DNA of 64,000 nucleotides from an uncultured Erysipelotrichaceae bacterium (GTDB lineage Bacteria; Bacillota_I; Bacilli_A; RF39; UBA660): NCBI GenBank assembly GCA_902793375.1, contig CADBDE010000004.1, positions 20,799 to 84,798 of the forward strand, read 5' to 3'. Shown piece by piece: positions 57,293 to 64,000 of this stretch (position 1 is its first letter; each line of letters starts with the position of its first letter). The notes under the pieces were generated by a model. It saw only the letters and a program-made list of their open reading frames with translations, ran no database searches and was not told where the DNA came from. The position numbers and the translations under genes were made by a program.

Positions 57293-59101
57293 TTAATTTT
57301 TACTATCAAATTTCTTTCTCTCTTGTGTATTTAATATTCTCTTTCTAAGTCTTATAAAATGAGGTGTTACTTCTACTAATTCATCGGAATTAATATAATC
57401 AAGTGCATATTCAAGTGATATTGGTCTAGGCCTTTTAAGTACTACTGTATGATCACTTCCAGCAGCTCTTATATTAGTTAAATTTTTTCCTTTTGTAACG
57501 TTAACAGCTAAATCGTTTTCCCTTGTATGTTCTCCAACTATCATTCCCTCATAAACATCAACACCAGGTTCTACAAACATTATTCCACGGTCTTCAAGTC
57601 CTCCTAAGGAATAAGCTGTAGTTTTTCCTTCATCTATTGATACAAGGACTCCCAAACTTCTTTCTCCAACATCAACACTTGCTATTTCCTTATATTCTTT
57701 AAATGAATGGTTTATTATTCCATATCCTTTAGTAAGTGTTAAGAAGTTTGTAGTAAATCCAATTAATCCACGTGATGGAATAGTATAAATCAGTCTTACT
57801 TGTCCATTTATATTATTCATAGAGTCCATTACTGCTCCACGATGACCTAACTCTTCGATTACATTTCCAACAGTCTCTTCTGGACACTCTATTTGTAGTT
57901 CTTCATAAGGTTCTAATTTTTTTCCATTTTCTTCTTTTAAAATAACTTTTGGTTTACTTACTTCTATTTCAAATCCTTCTCTTCTCATATTTTCAATAAG
58001 AATTCCTAAGTGTAATTCTCCACGACCTGATACTATCCAACTTTCAGCATCATTTGGATCTACTCTTAAACTAACATCTCTTTGAGTTTCTTTTATTAAT
58101 CTTTCTTCTATTTTTCTTGCAGTAAGAAGTTTTCCATCTTTTCCACAAAATGGTGAAGAATTTGTTCCTATTGTCATTTGTAAAGTTGGTTCATCAATAT
58201 GAAGTATTGGTAAAGCATCTAAAAAACCAGGTTCACATAATGTTTCTCCAACAGATATATCTGCAAGTCCTGCAATTGCAACAATGTCACCTGCTTCAGC
58301 TTGCTCTACTTCTATTTTCTTTAAACCAAAAAATCCAAATAATTTTTGAATTCTAAATTGCTTTACAGTACCATCAAGTCTCATACAAGCTACATTTTCT
58401 CCAACTTTTATAACACCATTATGAACTCTTCCTATACCAATTCTTCCAACATAATCATTATAATCTAATAGTGCTGGTTGAAATTGTAAATGAGCATTTG
58501 GATCTCCCTTAGGTTCAGGTATTTCTGAAATGATGTAATCTAATAATCCTTCAAATCCTTTAGTTTGTGTAGATAAATCAGGATCTAAACTACTTGTACC
58601 ATTTATTGCTGAAGCATATACTACTTTAAAATCAAGTTGTTCTTCAGTAGCATCTAAATCCATAAATAATTCTAATACTTCATCTACTACTTCTTTACAT
58701 CTTGCAGATGGCTTATCTACTTTATTAATTACAACAATTGGTTTAACGCCAGCAGCCAATGCTTTTTTAAGAACAAATCTAGTTTGAGGCATTGTTCCTT
58801 CATAAGCATCAACTACTAACAAAACTCCATCAACCATATTCATAATACGTTCAACTTCGCCACCAAAATCAGCATGTCCTGGAGTATCAACTATATTAAT
58901 TCTATAATCTTTATAGTTTACTGCAGTTGTTTTTGCAAGTATAGTAATACCTCTTTCATGTTCTAATGGATTTGTATCCATAGAAATATTACTTGTATCT
59001 TCATTTTCTCTAAATGTTCCGCTAGATTTCAATATTTCATCTACTAAAGTAGTCTTACCATGGTCTACGTGAGCAATAATTGCAATATTTCTTTTTTTCA
59101 T
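57293..59101 (-). CDS. typA: translational GTPase TypA/BipA
   Basis: [21 protein letters not shown] (G1), DTPGHADF (G2/G3) and NKVD (G4), with EF-G-like domains. The track's start at 59110 adds 3 residues. Confidence 0.9.
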   Translation of the reverse strand: MKKRNIAIIAHVDHGKTTLVDEILKSSGTFRENEDTSNISMDTNPLEHERGITILAKTTAVNYKDYRINIVDTPGHADFGGEVERIMNMVDGVLLVVDAYEGTMPQTRFVLKKALAAGVKPIVVINKVDKPSARCKEVVDEVLELFMDLDATEEQLDFKVVYASAINGTSSLDPDLSTQTKGFEGLLDYIISEIPEPKGDPNAHLQFQPALLDYNDYVGRIGIGRVHNGVIKVGENVACMRLDGTVKQFRIQKLFGFFGLKKIEVEQAEAGDIVAIAGLADISVGETLCEPGFLDALPILHIDEPTLQMTIGTNSSPFCGKDGKLLTARKIEERLIKETQRDVSLRVDPNDAESWIVSGRGELHLGILIENMRREGFEIEVSKPKVILKEENGKKLEPYEELQIECPEETVGNVIEELGHRGAVMDSMNNINGQVRLIYTIPSRGLIGFTTNFLTLTKGYGIINHSFKEYKEIASVDVGERSLGVLVSIDEGKTTAYSLGGLEDRGIMFVEPGVDVYEGMIVGEHTRENDLAVNVTKGKNLTNIRAAGSDHTVVLKRPRPISLEYALDYINSDELVEVTPHFIRLRKRILNTQERKKFDSKN

Positions 59102-59224
59102 AAAAAGCACTTCCTTTTACAAACTTTTTAAATTATATCATAAAACCTTAAAAAATCAATATTTTTTTATTATCTTTCTATTGTTTTATACATAAAAAAA
59201 GGAGACAAAAGTCTCCAAATATTA

Positions 59225-61240
59225 TTAATGAATTATCTCAACATTAGAATAGTATGAATCATTATACATATCCATCATTTCAATTAAAGCAAAATATTCT
59301 CCTGAATGATTATCAATAGATAATACTACTTTATTATCTTTATTTTTAATTTCTTCTTTTGAAATAGAATCTTTGAAGTATTCATTAAACACTCCATTTT
59401 CAAATAATTTATATCTTAAATTCATAAATGAAATACTATTATATTCATTATAATCTAATAAACTCGAAGAAATATAATCATTACTATCTAAAATTGTTTC
59501 AACTATCTTATTATTTTCAATAGTATATTTAACATCTAAATCATCAGAATTATCATATACTTTTCCAAATACAGTTTTGTTAACATAAGAAATTGGAACA
59601 TTATTTGCCATTAAAACATTATTGTTTTTAAATGTTAAAATATTATTTGTTAATAATAGATTATCTGATTGAAGTATCAATTCATATTGTTCTTCATTTA
59701 TTTTCTTAAATAAATAAATATTTGCACCTTGATAATTTTTTACTTCTTCTTCAGTTAAAATAATTGATAAACTTCCATCTTCATTTTTAATAATATTATT
59801 TGTTAATTTGTTATAGCTATTATTACTTACACTTCTTTTTGCTTGTTTAGCACCACTTCTTATTTGATAAAAATTATTTATAAAAGAAGAATAAGAATCA
59901 TTAAATATTTTGTTAAATAAAGATAAATGTGTTTCTATAGAAGACTCACTTCCAAAATATGGGAAATATACAGAAATACCATTTGAATATTCATTTAAGT
60001 TACTTGTATAATTAATAGCTTCATCTAAACTATCTAATACTTTTTTAGATGCTTTTTCGTTATTTGATATTTTTCCTAATGATTCTACTAATGTATGTAA
60101 ATCAATAGTATCATAATCATAAGTTTGACTTAATCCATAAGTATGAGTCTTTCTTCTAAAATTTGATATTTCATAATAGTTTTTATCAATATCAATAGAT
60201 TTTATGAAACTATTTAAAGTAGTATTTAAATTATCTATTTTATTTAAATCAATAATAGATAAAGTTGAATCTATTTTTTTTGTATGAGTACTATTATATT
60301 CTTTAACTACTTTATCAGATTGTTCAATAAACAAATGTCCTATATCGTAAGCAGTGCTATAAGGTTCAACTTTTTCCAAAAAATTTAATCTATTTAATAC
60401 TTTTGATAAATAAAATATTTCTTCTGATGCTACCATATATTGTGAATAATTTTTCATTATATTTGCTAAATGAAGATTACTTGCTAAGCAATTATAAAAA
60501 ATAGTTATTTCTAATTTATCATTAATAAACTCACTATTTTTAAAAGCAGTATTTAATTCATTAATTGTTAAAAAATCTTTTGATAATTCATCCTGCTCTA
60601 TTCCAATTGCTCCTAAACCATGATTCCAAAATATCATATCATAATATTCTGCTTTATAATTATTATAAGAATAATCTAAAAATGTTTCTAAAGTACTACT
60701 TGCTCCCATACTCTCAACTGGTAAAGCATCTTTCTTTTTAAATCCATTACTAGTTAATTCATAAATACCAATCTCACCCGGATCAACAAAATTATGCCAT
60801 TTTTTTGCTCCTCCAACCATCAAAACTATATTGTTATTGTCTAAATCAATGTTTTCTCCGACAATATCCTCTATACTAAATGTTCCTTGCTTTGACTTTG
60901 ATTCAAGATCAGATCCAACCATGTAAATCATAAAAGTTCTTCTTTTATTACTATGACCAAATCCAAACACTACTAATAACAAATAAGTTAAAGCAACAAA
61001 TAGTAATAATACAGGAATAATAACTTTGACATAACGTAATATACTAGATGGACGAGAAGAACTTATTTTTCCCTTCTCATAATTATTCTTATTTTGGTTG
61101 TAATAATTAGGAGATACTGTATTATATGGTATCTCTTTATTTGGCATCGAATTATAATTATATATTAGATTATCCTGTTGTTTTTTTACATATTTATTCT
61201 TAGGATCTTCATAATATAAATCTTCATCCTGATTATCCAT
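59225..61240 (-). CDS. membrane-anchored clostripain-like (peptidase C11 family) protein, paralog 1
   Basis: N-terminal anchor IIPVLLLFVALTYLLLVVFGF. The catalytic-type motifs are MIFWNHGLGAIG (His) and ITIFYNCLASN (Cys), within YMVGSDLES...LMVGGAKKWHNF. Confidence 0.55.
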   Translation of the reverse strand: MDNQDEDLYYEDPKNKYVKKQQDNLIYNYNSMPNKEIPYNTVSPNYYNQNKNNYEKGKISSSRPSSILRYVKVIIPVLLLFVALTYLLLVVFGFGHSNKRRTFMIYMVGSDLESKSKQGTFSIEDIVGENIDLDNNNIVLMVGGAKKWHNFVDPGEIGIYELTSNGFKKKDALPVESMGASSTLETFLDYSYNNYKAEYYDMIFWNHGLGAIGIEQDELSKDFLTINELNTAFKNSEFINDKLEITIFYNCLASNLHLANIMKNYSQYMVASEEIFYLSKVLNRLNFLEKVEPYSTAYDIGHLFIEQSDKVVKEYNSTHTKKIDSTLSIIDLNKIDNLNTTLNSFIKSIDIDKNYYEISNFRRKTHTYGLSQTYDYDTIDLHTLVESLGKISNNEKASKKVLDSLDEAINYTSNLNEYSNGISVYFPYFGSESSIETHLSLFNKIFNDSYSSFINNFYQIRSGAKQAKRSVSNNSYNKLTNNIIKNEDGSLSIILTEEEVKNYQGANIYLFKKINEEQYELILQSDNLLLTNNILTFKNNNVLMANNVPISYVNKTVFGKVYDNSDDLDVKYTIENNKIVETILDSNDYISSSLLDYNEYNSISFMNLRYKLFENGVFNEYFKDSISKEEIKNKDNKVVLSIDNHSGEYFALIEMMDMYNDSYYSNVEIIH

Positions 61241-61261
61241 TTTATCACCAGATTTCTTTTT

Positions 61262-63229
61262 TTATTTTATTTCAGTTAATTTTGAATAAAAAACATCATT
61301 ATTTTCATCAAACATTTCAATTAGCACATAAGTATTTGCTAAATCTTTTTGAACAACATTTATACCATTATTTAAATTATTAATTGGTTTTTTTTCTATT
61401 TTAGAGTACCAATCATTTGTTAATTCATTATCTATACTATAATTTGTTGAATAAAAATTAATTAATTCATCATTATAATCAACTAATCCACCTATTGGTT
61501 TATCTTTACTATCAACAAATATTCCATTAATACTTCCATATCCATTATCATTAGTTACTTTTACTATAACATCAGAATTATCAAAACTACCATACACTTT
61601 ATATAAACCTTTTTCATATATAGAACTGATAATAATATTATTATCAGTTTTTAATACTTTATTTTTATTAAATATTAATTTATTATTATCAAATTCTACT
61701 TCATCAGATTTTAATAACAAATCAAATTTATCATTATTTTTACTAAATATATATATATTTGCATTTTGATATTTTTCTTGTTCAGAGCTAGTTAAATCAA
61801 TACTTAAAGAATTATTATCATAAATAATATCATTTGTTAACAATAATACTTTATCATCTTCTCCTGCTCTATTAGCTCTTCTCGCACTATTAGATAATGA
61901 ATAAAATTTATTTATAAAGTTCGTATAATCATTATTCCAAACCTTATCAATATTGTATAAATTGGAAGTTATATTTTCTCCACTTCCATAATATGGAAAA
62001 TAAATAGAAATTCCTTTTGAATACTCATTTGAAGCACTATTATATAAGATTGCTTCATTTATACTTTCTTTTAATTTTTCTTTAGCATTATAACTAGAAT
62101 AACTATCTAAAGATTCTGCTAAAGAGTACAAATCAACCATGTCATAAGAATAATCATCTCCACCATAAGTATTTGTTTTTCTTCTTATTCTAGAAATAGT
62201 TTTATAATTATTATTATTTAAATCTATAGAATTAAAAAATGCATTTAGATTTTTTTCAACACTATCAATTTTACTTAAGTCTATTATAGATAATGTAGTA
62301 TCTAAATCACCATATTTCATTTTGTCTAGATTACTCATAGATTCATCAGATTTTCTAATATAAGATAATCCTATTTCATATCCACTATCTTCTTTTTTTA
62401 TGTTATTTATAAAATTTAATCTATCTAAATTAGAACCAACATACATAACTTCTTCTGAAGCTACCATATATTCTGCAAAATTTTTCATTATACTAGCAAA
62501 ATGAATATTACCAGCCATACAATTATTAAAAACAACTAATTCTAGTTTTTCATTCATAAATGGACTATCTTCAAATGCTAATTTTAATTCAGAAATATCT
62601 AAATAGTCATCATAAAGTTCATCATCTTCTAAACCAACAGCACCTAGTCCATGATTCCAAAAAATCATATCATATTTTGAAGAATGATAATTATCATGTA
62701 CATAATTTACAAAAAGTGATAAAGTATCACTTGATCCCATATTACTTAAATCAAATTTCTTAACTTTTTTATACCCTGCTTTTGTTATCTCATATATTCC
62801 TAGTTCATCATTTTTAACAAAATTATGCCAAACTTTTGATCCACCAGCCATTATTAAGACATTTATATTATCTAAATCAATATTATTTCCAACTATATCT
62901 TTTAAATCAAAAGATGCGACACCACCAGTTGATTCTAAATCAGAACCAACCATATACAACATAATGGTCCTATATTTATTTGGATTATTTGATGGATTAT
63001 TTTGAGCAATTAAAAGTGAAATGATTAAAACTACAAAAGGTAAGAATAAAATAACTCCTAATGCTAAATAAATAGGTTCTATTTTTTTCTTTTCTTTTTT
63101 ATCATCATAATTATAATTACTAGATGAATCATAATAATGCATCTTTGAAGTATTACTTTTCAATGATTTATCTATAACAACAGAACCATTTTCCTCTTTT
63201 AAGTTGTACCAATACTCATCATCGTTCAT
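61262..63229 (-). CDS. membrane-anchored clostripain-like (peptidase C11 family) protein, paralog 2
   Basis: The same architecture: MLYMVGSDLES, MIFWNHGLGAVG and VVFNNCMAGN. It is colinear with the adjacent gene and clearly a paralog of it. Confidence 0.55.
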   Translation of the reverse strand: MNDDEYWYNLKEENGSVVIDKSLKSNTSKMHYYDSSSNYNYDDKKEKKKIEPIYLALGVILFLPFVVLIISLLIAQNNPSNNPNKYRTIMLYMVGSDLESTGGVASFDLKDIVGNNIDLDNINVLIMAGGSKVWHNFVKNDELGIYEITKAGYKKVKKFDLSNMGSSDTLSLFVNYVHDNYHSSKYDMIFWNHGLGAVGLEDDELYDDYLDISELKLAFEDSPFMNEKLELVVFNNCMAGNIHFASIMKNFAEYMVASEEVMYVGSNLDRLNFINNIKKEDSGYEIGLSYIRKSDESMSNLDKMKYGDLDTTLSIIDLSKIDSVEKNLNAFFNSIDLNNNNYKTISRIRRKTNTYGGDDYSYDMVDLYSLAESLDSYSSYNAKEKLKESINEAILYNSASNEYSKGISIYFPYYGSGENITSNLYNIDKVWNNDYTNFINKFYSLSNSARRANRAGEDDKVLLLTNDIIYDNNSLSIDLTSSEQEKYQNANIYIFSKNNDKFDLLLKSDEVEFDNNKLIFNKNKVLKTDNNIIISSIYEKGLYKVYGSFDNSDVIVKVTNDNGYGSINGIFVDSKDKPIGGLVDYNDELINFYSTNYSIDNELTNDWYSKIEKKPINNLNNGINVVQKDLANTYVLIEMFDENNDVFYSKLTEIK

Positions 63230-63370
63230 TATATCACCTACTTTATCATATTAATTATATCATATTTTTATTTTTTTAATATCAATTATCATACTTCTTT
63301 ACATTTTTTTGTTTTTATATTTATTGAAAAAATAAAAATACTTCTATATAATTTTTATAGGAGGTAAAGT

Positions 63371-63817
63371 ATGAGTATATTACCAAATACTATAGGGGCT
63401 GGTTGTGGAGTTATGATTTTCAATAATAAGAATCAATTATTATTAGGACTTAAGAATACGGATAAAGATTTAGCTGATTCAGAATTACATGAAGAAGGAA
63501 CTTGGTGTATGCCCGGCGGTATGATTGAATATGGTGAATCATTTGAAGAAGCTGGAGCAAGAGAAGTAAAAGAAGAAACTGGATTAAATGTTAATAATTT
63601 AGAAGTTTTTTGTGTACAAACAGATAAAAATGAACATGCACATTTTATTTCTGTTGGAATGCTTGCAAGAGGAGTTGAAGGAATTCCATTGGTTATAGAA
63701 CCTGATGTCTTAATTAAATGGGAATGGTTTGATTTAGATAAACTACCACAAAACATATTTACACCAAGTAAAAAAACAATTGACTGTTTTTTAAATCATA
63801 AATTTTATATGGGATAA
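63371..63817 (+). CDS. NUDIX hydrolase
   Basis: Nudix box GGMIEYGESFEEAGAREVKEETGL (Gx5Ex7REUxEExGU). Confidence 0.8.
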   Translation: MSILPNTIGAGCGVMIFNNKNQLLLGLKNTDKDLADSELHEEGTWCMPGGMIEYGESFEEAGAREVKEETGLNVNNLEVFCVQTDKNEHAHFISVGMLARGVEGIPLVIEPDVLIKWEWFDLDKLPQNIFTPSKKTIDCFLNHKFYMG

Positions 63818-63818
63818 T

Positions 63819-64000
63819 TATCCCTTTTTTATTTTGTAATAAATCTTACTAATTAAATAAACTAGCAAAAGTATTATTATTGGTATTTTTAATCTATCTG
63901 TAAATTCTTTTAATATAATCCAATTATTTCCTAAAGAATAGCCAAAATAAACAAATAAAAAGGTCCATGGAATACTTCCTATAGTTGTAAATAAAACAAA
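63819..64000 (-). CDS. DedA/TVP38-family membrane protein, C-terminal fragment; the gene continues beyond the right edge
   Basis: My translation ...FVLFTTIGSIPWTFLFVYFGYSLGNNWIILKEFTDRLKIPIIILLLVYLISKIYYKIKKG* resembles a DedA C-terminus. Its stop overlaps a 14-bp palindrome shared with the NUDIX gene's stop. Confidence 0.35.

Noticed and set aside
1-64000. Possibility that the organism uses genetic code 4 (TGA=Trp), considered because of the very low GC content and because peptide 2 follows an in-frame TGA
   Set aside because: FtsZ, FtsK, BipA, the ABC transporters and the 1353-aa ORF are all full-length with conserved C-termini under the standard code, and several end at TGA stops in sensible positions. 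TGA is therefore treated as a stop.
1-64000. CRISPR arrays, rRNA genes, IS elements/transposases, integrases
   Set aside because: I scanned by eye for regularly spaced direct repeats, for 16S/23S-like conserved stretches, and for DDE or recombinase motifs in the ORF translations. None was found. The only tandem repeat is the in-frame 87-bp coding repeat at 41225-41500.

Overview
This is a very AT-rich, low-GC Firmicutes-type chromosomal window (Erysipelotrichia/Clostridia-like). Long ORFs are intact under the standard genetic code, so TGA is a stop. Reading left to right:

- **1-14.5 kb, core genes:** dnaE (partial, minus strand), rpmB, then a minus-strand cell-division neighbourhood of divIVA, sepF, a HerA-like ATPase, two M16 peptidases, deoD, ftsK, ftsZ and ftsA.
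- **14.5-17.5 kb, bacteriocin-like operon:** a C39-peptidase ABC exporter, a small accessory protein, two double-glycine-leader peptides (one with no canonical start codon, missed by the ORF track) and a TAATG-coupled 51-aa hydrophobic immunity-like ORF.
- **17.6-22.1 kb:** two plus-strand hypotheticals, tRNA-Gly and tRNA-Cys, and two unknown membrane/secreted proteins.
- **22.1-23.5 kb:** a holA-like gene with a bPH-domain partner.
- **23.5-49.7 kb, the main finding:** a co-directional ~26 kb minus-strand locus that joins a Gram-positive-type type IV secretion (T4SS) core to a complete Tad/type IVc pilus module. The T4SS part has a VirD4 coupling protein, a lipoprotein, a CwlT-like two-domain cell-wall hydrolase, VirB4 split into two ORFs, and VirB3-, VirB6- and VirB8-like proteins. 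The Tad part has CpaB, a CpaF/TadA ATPase with a Q/P-rich repeat tail, TadB, TadC, a pilin-like peptide, two TadE-like paralogs and a TadZ-like pseudo-ATPase. Also in the locus are a degenerate SNase-like nuclease and a 1353-aa Cys-rich exoprotein, with a divergent thioredoxin-like lipoprotein beside it. No relaxase, integrase, prepilin peptidase or secretin is in the window.
- **49.8-64 kb:** dagK-like lipid kinase, an ABC-2 transporter pair, a histidine-phosphatase/EEP fusion, an N/Q-rich membrane protein, tRNA-Ala, trmL, typA/bipA, two tandem C11 (clostripain-like) peptidase paralogs, a NUDIX hydrolase and a partial DedA-like gene.

All calls come from reading motifs in the supplied translations and sequence. 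No database search was run.
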